Under the pieces are notes generated by a model. It was not told where the DNA came from. It saw nothing but the letters and a program-made list of their open reading frames with translations, and made no database searches. Positions 25,872 to 35,584 of a stretch of DNA of 35,728 nucleotides are shown here, piece by piece. The position numbers and the translations under genes are program-made. Positions within the stretch are counted from its first letter, which is position 1; each line of letters opens with the position of its first letter. The DNA lies in IMG/VR virus record IMGVR_UViG_3300031452_000061, positions 1-35,728 of that record. One strand, written 5' to 3'. Source of the stretch: a virus (lineage: Duplodnaviria; Caudoviricetes).

Positions 25872-26806
25872 GCGAACGCGCGGACCTGACGCAGGGCGGG
25901 ACGCTCATCCGCGTCGAGGGCGCCACTTTGGGCGAGGTGCCCGAGCAGAGCACACCTCGCCATGATTACCTTGACACATACGTGTCATGGACAGTGAGAC
26001 GAAAAGCGGCCACCCAACGCGCCAATCGGACCATCCGCACGCGTGGAAGGGCGTCACTACCGGCCAGCCACGCCGCGAAATCATCTCATTGCCCACTGCA
26101 AACATGTGTCAAGGTAATCGTGGCGAAGTGTCGAGCAGGGCATGACCTACAACAACGCCGCCGCACGTCTCTCCGCGTCCGAGGAGCCCACGCCAGGGCG
26201 GTGGCCGCTTTCAGCAGGGGGGGCGGCGGATGGTGAGGACGCCGAGGATGATTGGGGCGAAGGGACGCATCTCACTTTTGCGGACGGGGTAGATCGTGAC
26301 GGTCGCCCCTGTGCGGTTGATGTCTGTGTGCTCGACGATGATACGGCCGCCTGACCTACATTAAGATTTGGAGATGTTTTTGTGTTTAGCACTGAATTGG
26401 AACCGGGTGGCAACGTTCACGCGGTCATCGTCACGCCCACGGGCATCTATCCCGGCACGGCGCTCGTTGATCCTACATGGCCCTAATGTAGCGAAGGCCG
26501 AAATTTCGGCAAAGTAGCAGCCGCCTGACCGTCCTTACACGCGTCTAATGTGTCCGGCGAGATGTGGACCAGCCCTGAGAGGTTCGCTTTACGCATTTGA
26601 CCGTGAACAGAGCGCCCCGTCGTACCCTCTCCACCCCTGTAAAACCAGACGTAACCTCGAAAAGTTCGCACTAGCGTCATTCTACGACGTTCCAATTGCA
26701 GTGGATGGGTGTTCGGGTCTCAAACTGGCAATGAACGCCGTTTCAGTTTGCCGTTTTTTCCGCCTTCGCTACGTTAGGGCCTACATCGGGCAATCCCTAT
26801 GCGGCC

Positions 26807-27157
26807 GTGGTGAGTGGCGCCACGGTCCTGACTCAGGCGAGTGCCGTGCAGACCACGAATGGCGTGAGCGCAAATCTGCCCGTGGCAGGCTATCGCGAAT
26901 TGCTGGTCGAGGCGAACGTGACCGCCGTTTCCGGCACGACGCCCACTTTGACGCTTGCCGTTGACAGTCTGGGCGCGGACGGCGTGTGGTACACGCTGTG
27001 GACCTCGGCCGCTGTGACCGCCGTGGGACAGACGGTCGCGCATCTCGGCGTTGGCGCGGCCACGAATGTCGCGTTTGGCGCAACGGTGCGCCTGCGCTGG
27101 ACGATGGGCGGCACGACGCCCTCGTTCACCTTCTCGGTGTCAATCATCGGGAAGTAG
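26807..27157 (+). CDS. Small beta-sandwich, virion-like protein (5' end possibly lost)
   Basis: T/V/A/G-rich beta pattern (NVTAVSGTTPTLTLAVDS.DGVWY...VRLRWTMGGTTPSFTFSV); no clear SD. Confidence 0.55.
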   Translation: MVSGATVLTQASAVQTTNGVSANLPVAGYRELLVEANVTAVSGTTPTLTLAVDSLGADGVWYTLWTSAAVTAVGQTVAHLGVGAATNVAFGATVRLRWTMGGTTPSFTFSVSIIGK

Positions 27158-27463
27158 CGCATTGGCAGCGGGCGCCGGTAGGACAGTCGGCGCATTGTAC
27201 GGCGCCGACGTGCGCGCGATCGGTCGCGTACACTATGCTTGTCGCGTGGAGCTGCACGGACAGGGCTTGTGTCGGTGTGGCCGGGCGACGGGGTGAGGCC
27301 GTCGGTGTGTCTGCTGCCATTTGCGCGGCCGCCGATGGCTCCCCTCAATCTGATGGGTAAACTTGACGGCGGTCTAGATTGTGCAGTACAGTAGATCAAC
27401 CATGTTCTACGTTGTTTTATAGTAGTCGGCGAGGGATTCTACCACGAGAGAATAGGATGCGAC

Positions 27464-27844
27464 GTGAATGAGCCGCACTGGGTTGTCCGTGGTGGCATTG
27501 CTCAAGCGGCAGATTTGCAGAATGGTTATCGAGAGCACCTTGCAGTGCCGGGATTATCGGGGTTTTCGGTTCAAGCACATCCGGTTTTAAGCATAGATGA
27601 ACTTGCTGCCGCGGGGCAGTTCTCCAATCGACAAATTAGCTATGTTGCACATGATGACCTCGTGGCAGCCGCTCAATCCTGTGGATATAACGTTTCAATT
27701 ATTCCTAGCCCCGGTTGGGGATACCACCATACAGTCACGGCATCAACAATGGCAGGGAGCGCACTCGCGGATTTGCCGGATGATTTGGCGACCGCGTTGA
27801 GTGCGTGTTTTATGCGGATGCCGAACCCTGCTCCAAGACCATAA
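27464..27844 (+). CDS. Putative toxin-like domain protein (lower GC)
   Basis: VVRGG...GFSVQ...HHTV pattern reminiscent of polymorphic-toxin C-terminal/ART-like domains; paired with the next gene. Confidence 0.45.
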   Translation: MNEPHWVVRGGIAQAADLQNGYREHLAVPGLSGFSVQAHPVLSIDELAAAGQFSNRQISYVAHDDLVAAAQSCGYNVSIIPSPGWGYHHTVTASTMAGSALADLPDDLATALSACFMRMPNPAPRP

Positions 27845-28114
27845 ATGAGGATGTGTGTTATGCCGGCCCGTATTGCGGTGGACTTCAATACGATGATGAT
27901 GGACCCCAAAGAGAGGGTGTACATTGCCAAAGAAGGATCTGCACGACCAAAGGACCATGAGGTTCTGGAGATTTTACACCTTGGTCAAAGTGCCATACTC
28001 CTCTACGACGGGGAGATGGAGGTCGTAGCCACTCCCGAATTCGACACAGAATATCGGGTATGGTTTGGGAGGCCTGACTGGTCAACGCGGCGTGAACTGT
28101 CCATGTCCCACTAA
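27845..28114 (+). CDS. Small acidic protein, putative immunity/antitoxin partner
   Basis: Abuts the previous stop codon and shares its lower-GC composition. Confidence 0.45.
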   Translation: MRMCVMPARIAVDFNTMMMDPKERVYIAKEGSARPKDHEVLEILHLGQSAILLYDGEMEVVATPEFDTEYRVWFGRPDWSTRRELSMSH

Positions 28115-28530
28115 TAGATGCTAACGACTGCCAACACCGGCCGCCCGATCCCGTGCTGGGCGTGTCTCAAGCCCGCCCACGAGGCCATCGACGGCCATCC
28201 CTACTGCGCCGCTTGCATCGAGGCCAGCGTCCCGCAGCAGACGCGTTACCTCCCCGGCCAGGAAGACAGGCGCGCCGCTGGCAACGGCGGCACGGACTGG
28301 GGCGGCGATCCCAGCGTTGACCCGCCCGCGGCGCGCTGAGAGGCCGCCTGCGCCGTTCCCGCGTCACCTAGCGCCTTGGAACCGTTGGACGACTGCGCGC
28401 TGTACGCGGCTCGTCGTCGCCTCTAGTAGCTATCGTGGTCATTACAACGGCTGGTGCCGGACGTTCCTTTATGGGAACTGTCGGGTGCCAGCCCTTTTTG
28501 CGTTCCAGACAGCCCGCGCGGCGTTAGACT

Positions 28531-29766
28531 CTACCCAAATAGGCTTGATCCATAGGGGTCAGCCGGTAGATCATCCAACACAACGCCGGCGACTGGGCGC
28601 GGACAGTGGTCGTCGGAATCCCGATGCCCCCGCGCGGCTGCCCGGTCAGCGCCAATGGCCTGACGGCGCTGTGCCGCCCAGTCGCCACCCTCCACAGTGC
28701 GGGAGGCCGTTGCAAATTGCAACGCCTTAGCACCTTTACCTGTAGGCAAGGCACCTCCATCGACGGCAGCACTGTTCCCTGTCCCGCCCCCCTCGTCCAC
28801 ACTCGTCCTGGCCTCGTCTACAACGTAGGTGTTGCAATTTGCAACGGGGGTATGCGTGCCATGCGCTTCGACGCGGTCGGTTATCTCGGCTTCCGCCGTC
28901 ATGCCGGCCGCGCCGTCGTCATAGTCTGAGAGCTTGATAACGTGCGTCTTGTCTTTCATGATGTCGCCGCAGGATAGGCAGGCGATGCGTACCCGCGTGG
29001 AGCGCTCGAACGCGGTTCCGCCGCAACTCGGGCAGGGACGTAAGCGTTCGGTGGCACGCCGCGGCGAGTCGAACGCGAGGACCTTGTCGCGGGAAATCTC
29101 GTGTGGCATGGTGGGGGGCAGCGCGTACAGGTGGCGTCCCTGCTCATCCGGCCGCTCCTCCCGCGCGATGAGGCCGACGCGCACGAGCTGCGCCATCGCA
29201 TGGGAAACCGTGCTGTCGGACGCTGAGTTGGCCGCGATCGCGGCGCGATACAGCGGCACCGGATGCGTGGAGAGCGCGCCCCGATGGGCGGCGCGAATAT
29301 CCAGGATCGCGTTCGTGTGGCAGGTGCGGTCCGTCGCCGTGAGCACCGGGCGGGCGCGCTTGGCGGATGGGTCGTCCTCGGGTGTGATGACAGCCGCGTG
29401 CTTGCTGCCGCGTGCGATAAGGTCCAGGTAGGTGTTCGCGGCGTAGAGTTGCTTGGTTGTCTCCAGGTAACGGCGGGCCAGGCGGGGATGCGGCATAGCC
29501 AGTGCTTTACCCAGTAGGCGCTCGTCCGTGGCCAGTTCCACCGGGGGCATCTCTTCGTCACCATTATCCGCGCTGTCTTGTCCGACGGCGCGGAGTTCAT
29601 CGGCCACCTGGCACGCCAGGGCGCGCACGCTGGGGTCGTTGAGGCCGGGCCGCCTGACCAGGACGATTAAGCCCGCCGCGATCTCTATGAGACGTTCAGC
29701 GAGTTCGGAGGGTGGAGCGTCGACGCCGAACGGTGGGATATGATGAGTGTGGGCGGCGGCGCTCAT
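28531..29766 (-). CDS. Putative replication initiator (wHTH plus Zn ribbon)
   Basis: IAANSASDSTVSHAMAQLVRVGLIARE is a winged HTH; CPSC...CLSC; internal DNA palindromes. Lies downstream of an RHH gene. Start set at MSAAAH. Confidence 0.55.
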   Translation of the reverse strand: MSAAAHTHHIPPFGVDAPPSELAERLIEIAAGLIVLVRRPGLNDPSVRALACQVADELRAVGQDSADNGDEEMPPVELATDERLLGKALAMPHPRLARRYLETTKQLYAANTYLDLIARGSKHAAVITPEDDPSAKRARPVLTATDRTCHTNAILDIRAAHRGALSTHPVPLYRAAIAANSASDSTVSHAMAQLVRVGLIAREERPDEQGRHLYALPPTMPHEISRDKVLAFDSPRRATERLRPCPSCGGTAFERSTRVRIACLSCGDIMKDKTHVIKLSDYDDGAAGMTAEAEITDRVEAHGTHTPVANCNTYVVDEARTSVDEGGGTGNSAAVDGGALPTGKGAKALQFATASRTVEGGDWAAQRRQAIGADRAAARGHRDSDDHCPRPVAGVVLDDLPADPYGSSLFG

Positions 29767-29952
29767 CGGGCGCCCCCTAGCGCCGCGGCGGGCGGTTGTG
29801 CTACAGTAGAGATGGACATCCGATACCTCGGTTTCTCTAAAGGCCGGTCGCACACAACCTCCCGCGAAGATGGCGTGTACGATCGGCCTTTGGCGTGCCT
29901 GCGTCAAAACGGGGGCAGGCTCCCGTCCTCTCCCTCTTTTCCGTCCCCTCGT

Positions 29953-30126
29953 CTATTCGTCACCAGCGCCCGTGTCTTGCGATGCGGCGGCTTGCTTGTG
30001 CTCCCGCAACCACTGAATGAGCGCCATGCGCGCGAGAACGGTGGGACGTGTTCCATTCTCCTCCGCTTGCCGCTCCAGCTCGGCGGCCCACTCATCGGGC
30101 AGCAACACCTGGGCACGGTAGGTCAT
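29953..30126 (-). CDS. CopG-like RHH regulator
   Basis: RAQVLLPDEWAAELERQAEENGTRPTVLARMALIQWL. Confidence 0.65.
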   Translation of the reverse strand: MTYRAQVLLPDEWAAELERQAEENGTRPTVLARMALIQWLREHKQAAASQDTGAGDE

Positions 30127-30529
30127 TTTCTTTTCCCCTTCGTTCAGTCTTGGCACAACAAACACACCTCTAGTATACTCTAAGGAGAGTATCTTATACT
30201 CATTAGCGAGCGGTTCTGCTATCTACAGCATAAGCGAGCGCGATTCCATGCATGGAAGGAGGGGCATACGACGAGACGGAAGGAAAGAGAAAAGGAGCAC
30301 GACAAAGGCCGGCGCTGTGTGACCAGCCCGGCCCGGTGGAAGCAGCCCGTTCGACACAACCATAATCGAGTCCTCGCACATGCTTCACCCAACTTTACCA
30401 TAACGGGTACGGTGTAGCGACGACAGCGACAACTACCTCATTACTGGCGCTCAGTGACCGCCCCTGTGTTACCGCTGGGACGACACACGCAGCGAGTAGA
30501 CAATAGACAGAGAAAAGAGGCACAGACCC

Positions 30530-30778
30530 ATGTTGCATCTCATCCCGCATCTTACGACGGTCGCACTGTTCATCTTCGCCGACGCCTGGACGGACGGCCT
30601 GGGCAAGGTCAAGACGATTTATACCGAAGTCGCGCCGTACCTGATCGGCGCGGTCTGGTTCGGGACCGGTGTCCACCTGTGGCTGGCACAGCACCAGGCG
30701 AAGCAGCACCTCGCCGGCGCGGCTTTGGCCAGCATCATCCTCGGCGGCGCCGACGCCATCGCACTCACCATCAAGTAG
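30530..30778 (+). CDS. VirB2/TrbC pilin-like small membrane protein
   Basis: 82 aa with two to three hydrophobic segments, ending ASIILGGADAI; first gene before the VirB4-like gene. Confidence 0.65.
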   Translation: MLHLIPHLTTVALFIFADAWTDGLGKVKTIYTEVAPYLIGAVWFGTGVHLWLAQHQAKQHLAGAALASIILGGADAIALTIK

Positions 30779-30786
30779 GGGGCACG

Positions 30787-31185
30787 ATGACACAGAAGCA
30801 TCGGACCCCGACGACGCTGGATCTCGCCACGCGGGTCGGGCGACTCACGCTGGGCCACGTTGCCGCCATCCTGGTCGGTGGCCTGACCCTGCTGGGGCTG
30901 GGACAGCTCACGGCAGGCGTGCATGACCTGGGGCACCACTTCGCGCTCGTGGTGTTCCCGACCATCCTGGTGTGCGCGCCGATCCTGGCCCTGACGCGGG
31001 GCGGGATCGAGCGCTACCCGCAACAGTCCACGCGCTACGCCGGCCGCCTCATCGCCCGTCAGACGGGCCGGGCAGCGCGGGCCAGCATCGACCATACCAC
31101 CCGCGTGACACGGTTCGGCGCCAGCAAAGGAAAGGAGGGCTACTATGCGTGTCGTACGCGGGCGCGGCAGGGTCGCACACGTTGA
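30787..31185 (+). CDS. PrgI/VirB3-like membrane protein
   Basis: P..LD...RVGRLTLGH followed by two TM helices; lies between the pilin-like and VirB4-like genes. Confidence 0.6.
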   Translation: MTQKHRTPTTLDLATRVGRLTLGHVAAILVGGLTLLGLGQLTAGVHDLGHHFALVVFPTILVCAPILALTRGGIERYPQQSTRYAGRLIARQTGRAARASIDHTTRVTRFGASKGKEGYYACRTRARQGRTR

Positions 31186-33664
31186 CGCTGGCGGCCTCGT
31201 GTGGGGCAGTGACGGCGTGGCGCGTCGCTACGTGCGCGTGGAGGGCCTCCTACTCGACGGGATGGGCCTGGGTGAGCAGGACGACCGCGCCGCGCTGTGG
31301 TCGTTGATCGGGGCCAGCGTGCCCCACAAGGGCGCGCTCTCCGTGCTCATCGAGAACCTGCCCGCGGACGCGCCCCGCATCGTGCGGGATCTCCGGAGTC
31401 AGCTAGCTCCGGTTCCACACACGCCGGAGCTGGGCGCGCTCGGCGAACGCCTGCTGGCCTGGTGGGAGGCGCGCTTAACGGCACAGCAGACGGAGATAAC
31501 GGAGCTACAGGAGGGCGTCGAGTCAGAACCACGAGGAGCGCCGCCGCGCCACGTCGCCACCCTCGTCTACCACGTCATCGTGTCGCCACCGCCGGCGCAA
31601 CAGGGGTTCCCCGACGCGGGGCCGCTCGGCCGGTTAGAAGCGGCCACGGTGGCGCTGGAGCAACGCCTGATCGCGCTCGGCGCCACGCCCTATCGCCTCG
31701 ACGCCGCCGGCGTGCGTGCGGTCCTGGCGCGGCAGCAGATCACCGTCAACGCTGGCGGTGGCCGCCTGGTCGAGCCCGCGTCGGAGGAGCATGTGACCGC
31801 GCTGCGCATCCAGACGCCTGACGGACGGGATGTGTGGGTGCGCTCGATCTTCCTGGTCACACCACCACCGGAGACAAGCCCCGGCTGGATGGAACGGTTG
31901 ATCGCGTGGGAGGAGCCGCACACAGTCTTTGTCACCCTGCGCGGCTTGAAGAAGCGCCGCGAGCGCAAGCGGCAGGAGTGGCGCCTACGGTTGCTGTCAG
32001 CCTCGGCGACCGCGACGAACGTACAGGGAGACATCGCGCAGGCCGAGGCGCGGACGCAGGCCACGCGCCTCTACGAGGCCACGCAGACACTTATGCGCGT
32101 GGGCGTCTACGTCCGGCTGGAAGGCGCGACGCAACAGGAGGTTGACGCGCGCGCCGCGCGGTTGCTGACCATGCTCAAGGATGATATGTCCATCGAGCCG
32201 GGTTACGCCTGGACGCATCAGACGCCGTTGTGGCGCTCCGTCGCGCTGGGGTGCGACCTGGCGGGCAGCACCTACCGCTGGGACTCGGACACCTGGGGCA
32301 ACGCTCTACCGCTGCTGCGGCACTCTCCGGGCACGCGGGCCGGTATCCCCTTCGGCACGACGGACACGGCCGGCGCGCTGTTCACCCTGAGCCTGGAAGA
32401 TAGCTCGCTCTATAACCGCATCATGTGCATCTTGGGGCCGACCGGGCGCGGCAAATCGACGCTCCTGGGCAAGATCATTCTGTGGATGCTCTTGCGCGGG
32501 GACATGGCCACGGTGGTCGACGCGGTGGGCGGCCTGGCGCCGCTCTGTGCCATCGCTGGCGGCGCGATCGTGCGCCTGGGCGGGCCGACGAGCGCGACAC
32601 TCAACGTGTGGTCGGGGCAGCGCGCGATGCCAGAGGACGCCGCCGAGCGCGTCAAGTTCGTGACGACGGCGCTGGACCTGCTCCTGGGCGGGGTCAGCGG
32701 CGACGAGAAGCCGCTGCTCTACGAGGGCGTCGCGGCCGTCTACGATGCGTGCCCCGCCGCGGCGACGCCGGTTATGAGTGACCTAGCGGCCTGGCTGCGG
32801 CACATGGTCGACGCGACGGACCTGTACCAGAGCGGGCAACTGGACCCGCAGGACCGGCGCACCTACCGCTCCTTGCTGTGGAAGCTACGCCCCTACGTGG
32901 GGACGGGGATGCACGCGCGCCTGGTCGATGGACCAGACTCGCTCGACGTGCTGCACCCGCCGCTGCTGGTGCTCGACACCGAGCCGTTACACCAGGAGCC
33001 GGCCGTACGCGACTTCGCCGTGTTCACCGCCCTCTCCGTGGTCCAGCGGCGGCAGGCCGAGGCGCGGCGTCGGAGCACGCTACAAGGGCGTGGCACGGCT
33101 GACCACCTGACCGCGCTCGAAGAAGCGTGGAGCCTGCTGGCGAACGAGGACGCGCGCGGGTTTATCGCACGGACCGGGCGCACCGGGCGCCGTAACGGCT
33201 CGATTGTGGCCTTCGTCAGCCAGGAAGTCGCCGACATGACCGAGAACCGCGAGGCGGCCACGTTCTTTACGCAGTCGTCGATCAAGTTCCTGGCGGGCCT
33301 GGAGGACAGCGGGCAGCAGACGGAGAGCAACCCGCGCGTGTGGCTGGCACAGAAACTCAACCTGGCCCCGCATGAGGTCACCAAGGCCACGTCGATGGTC
33401 GGCGTCAAGGGCACGTATCACCCCATCTTCGTGAGCCGCCGCGACCGCACCAGTCCGCGCGATCTCCACGGCGTCGCGCGGATCGAGCTATCGGAGGAGG
33501 AGGCCGTCTTGCTCGAAACGAACCCTGACGACGTGCGCGTACGCGACGCCTGGGTAGAGAAGAACGGCGGCGACGTGGCGGCGGGGATCTTCGCCTACGC
33601 CGACTATAAGCGCGCCGAGGCACGCCGGCAGTACGAGATGCAGCAAAGGAGCGCGGCGGGATGA
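31145..33664 (+). CDS. VirB4-like conjugative ATPase
   Basis: N..CILGPTGRGKST (Walker A), VVDAVG, LNVW, LEEAW (Walker B), RTGRRNG..AFVSQ. Confidence 0.9.
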   Translation: MRVVRGRGRVAHVDAGGLVWGSDGVARRYVRVEGLLLDGMGLGEQDDRAALWSLIGASVPHKGALSVLIENLPADAPRIVRDLRSQLAPVPHTPELGALGERLLAWWEARLTAQQTEITELQEGVESEPRGAPPRHVATLVYHVIVSPPPAQQGFPDAGPLGRLEAATVALEQRLIALGATPYRLDAAGVRAVLARQQITVNAGGGRLVEPASEEHVTALRIQTPDGRDVWVRSIFLVTPPPETSPGWMERLIAWEEPHTVFVTLRGLKKRRERKRQEWRLRLLSASATATNVQGDIAQAEARTQATRLYEATQTLMRVGVYVRLEGATQQEVDARAARLLTMLKDDMSIEPGYAWTHQTPLWRSVALGCDLAGSTYRWDSDTWGNALPLLRHSPGTRAGIPFGTTDTAGALFTLSLEDSSLYNRIMCILGPTGRGKSTLLGKIILWMLLRGDMATVVDAVGGLAPLCAIAGGAIVRLGGPTSATLNVWSGQRAMPEDAAERVKFVTTALDLLLGGVSGDEKPLLYEGVAAVYDACPAAATPVMSDLAAWLRHMVDATDLYQSGQLDPQDRRTYRSLLWKLRPYVGTGMHARLVDGPDSLDVLHPPLLVLDTEPLHQEPAVRDFAVFTALSVVQRRQAEARRRSTLQGRGTADHLTALEEAWSLLANEDARGFIARTGRTGRRNGSIVAFVSQEVADMTENREAATFFTQSSIKFLAGLEDSGQQTESNPRVWLAQKLNLAPHEVTKATSMVGVKGTYHPIFVSRRDRTSPRDLHGVARIELSEEEAVLLETNPDDVRVRDAWVEKNGGDVAAGIFAYADYKRAEARRQYEMQQRSAAG

Positions 33665-35097
33665 TCACCACACGACACACGATTCTGGGCGCGCTGCTCG
33701 CGGTCCTGCTCGCGGTCACGCTTGCCGGGTCGAGCCTGACGGCGGCGTGGGCGACCGCGCCCCAAACCCCGGCCCCGCCACCGACCGTGGCGATCCTGCC
33801 GTCGCCGTTGGAGGCGACGGCGACGAGTACACCACGCCCCTCGCCGACCACGGTCCCGAGCGCGACGACGGTCCCCTCGCCGACCAACTCCCCGACGCCC
33901 GTCATCGGCAACGGAAGCGTGGGGCCGGGCACGTCGGACAACGGGTGCGCGGGGGGTATCCATATCGTGACGATCTTCGGGCAGCCCGTCTGCATGGACA
34001 CCGGTGGGCTAATGGGCGCCGTGGGGACGGCGGCGCACGACGCCCTGAGCAGTGTGTCGATGGCCGCCTATACGGCGGCGGACGCGGCCGTGCTGACCAA
34101 ACTCGCCGGCAGCGAGGACCTCACCAATAAGACGCGCTGGGGGGAGCTGATCGCCATGCAGGACCGGGCGGTGAGCCTGGAGAGCGAGGCGTTCGCCGTG
34201 GTGCTCGGGCTGGGTATCCTGATGATCATCTGGCCGCTGTTCTTCGGGGACGTGCGGCAAGGCGTGAGCCTGTTCTGGCACGCCGTGTTCGCGGAGATCG
34301 CCGTCAATGCCCTGCGGCCTCTGCTGCACATCGTGGCCCTGCTCGCCAGCGGCCTGGGGAAGCGCCTGGTGGGGCCGGGCCTGGCCGCCGATACGCTGAC
34401 GGCGGCGCTGCACGGTCTCATCAACCCGGCGGTGTTCGCGATCGGCGGACTACTGCTCGCTATCGCCGGGATCGAGCGGTCTATCGCGCTCTACGCCCAG
34501 GAGTTCCTGTTCGTGGTCGCGCCGCTCATGATCCTGTGTGCGGTGTATCCGGGCACACGCCGCAACGCGATTCAGTGGATGGCCGCCTACGCCAACCTGG
34601 CGTTACTGGGGCCGGCCTTCGGGATCGCCGTCCGCCTGTTCCTCATCACGGTCTCGGCGACGGGCGGCAACACCATCACGATCCTGGGTGGCTTCTTTTT
34701 GGCCTGGAATAAGCGTAGCTGTCACCAAGTGCAAGGTATGTTGATAGATAGGCACGCAAGGTTAGCCGAAGAGGGCTGACAAGTACCGAGAATTACCAAG
34801 AGTCGGCTCTTGTTTAGGATTAGGGATGGTCGATATGGGCCTTACACCGCGTTAATGATTGCCGTAAGGTCTCAAGTGCCACGTCCAACACCATAATCGG
34901 CACTTTATCAACACCTTGAGCGTCCATCTATAAAGCTACATTGCCCCTGGTGACAGCTACGCTTATTCTGGGCCTTTTTCATCGACTTGGTGCCGGCGAT
35001 CCTGGGCGCGCTGCTCGTGGCCGAGGTCCGGGGCATCGGACACGCGTTCGCCGAGCGCGCCGGGACAGCCGCGCAGGGCGCCATCGCGGCCGCATAG
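33661..35097 (+). pseudogene. VirB6/TrbL-like polytopic membrane protein interrupted by a MITE
   Basis: Signal peptide, P/T-rich linker, multiple TM helices (FVVAPLMILC). Removing the insert and one target copy (34701-34979) restores the frame: ILGGFFFIDLVPAILGALL...AAA* (stop ends at 35097). Confidence 0.8.
34701..34974. mobile_element. 274-bp MITE with 38-bp terminal inverted repeats and a 5-bp target duplication
   Basis: Left GGCCTGGAATAAGCGTAGCTGTCACCAAGTGCAAGGTA vs reverse complement of the right end GGCCCAGAATAAGCGTAGCTGTCACCAGGGGCAATGTA (33/38). TTTTT on both sides (34696-34700, 34975-34979). AT-rich interior with no transposase. Confidence 0.9.
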
Positions 35098-35108
35098 GAG
35101 GGTCACAC

Positions 35109-35378
35109 ATGATCGCGATAGACGATATTAGCCACAAGCGCCTCTGCCTGCGCTGCCACCGCTGGGGACCAGAGGAAGCTAACTTCTGCGGCCACTGTGG
35201 GCTCCAGCTACGGCCCCTCTTTGCACCGTCAGCGGTCCTCGACCAAGAGGCGCGCCGCCAACACCGACGTCGGCGGCGCATGGTGGCGGGGGTCATGTAC
35301 GGCCCCATGGGCGCGCTCGGCGCGCGGCTTGGGCAATGCCTAACCGCCGGCCCCGACGAGGACAGGAGGGGCTGGTGA
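35109..35378 (+). CDS. Small Zn-ribbon protein
   Basis: CLRC...NFCGHCG; SD GGAGG overlapping the restored VirB6-like stop. Confidence 0.65.
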   Translation: MIAIDDISHKRLCLRCHRWGPEEANFCGHCGLQLRPLFAPSAVLDQEARRQHRRRRRMVAGVMYGPMGALGARLGQCLTAGPDEDRRGW

Positions 35379-35584
35379 GCGGGGCACGGCGAGCCTCCGT
35401 GGGGCGCTCGCATGATGGGGGAGCGGGCCACGGAGGCCCCATCGAAAAAGCTCCCCCATCATGTCACAAGATAAAGGGGCATCCCTCCGTGTGACCGTCC
35501 GGGCGGCCACCACCAGCCCCTACGACGACGACGACACCCGCCGTTTCACGACGGCCATCAAGCGAGACAAGAGGGACACCGGCG

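Noticed and set aside
8170-28120. attL/attR direct repeats bounding the phage-like cargo; tRNA target
   Set aside because: No convincing direct repeat or tRNA found by eye. The dyads at about 8212-8229 (TGAGAA..TTCTCA) and 9845-9871 (GGTGCTGCAT..ATGCAGCACC) could be recombinase or operator sites but are unsupported.
33760-33900. Pro/Thr-rich repeats in the VirB6-like gene (and the Gly/Thr run at about 19960-20020)
   Set aside because: Ordinary low-complexity protein linkers without exact DNA periodicity.
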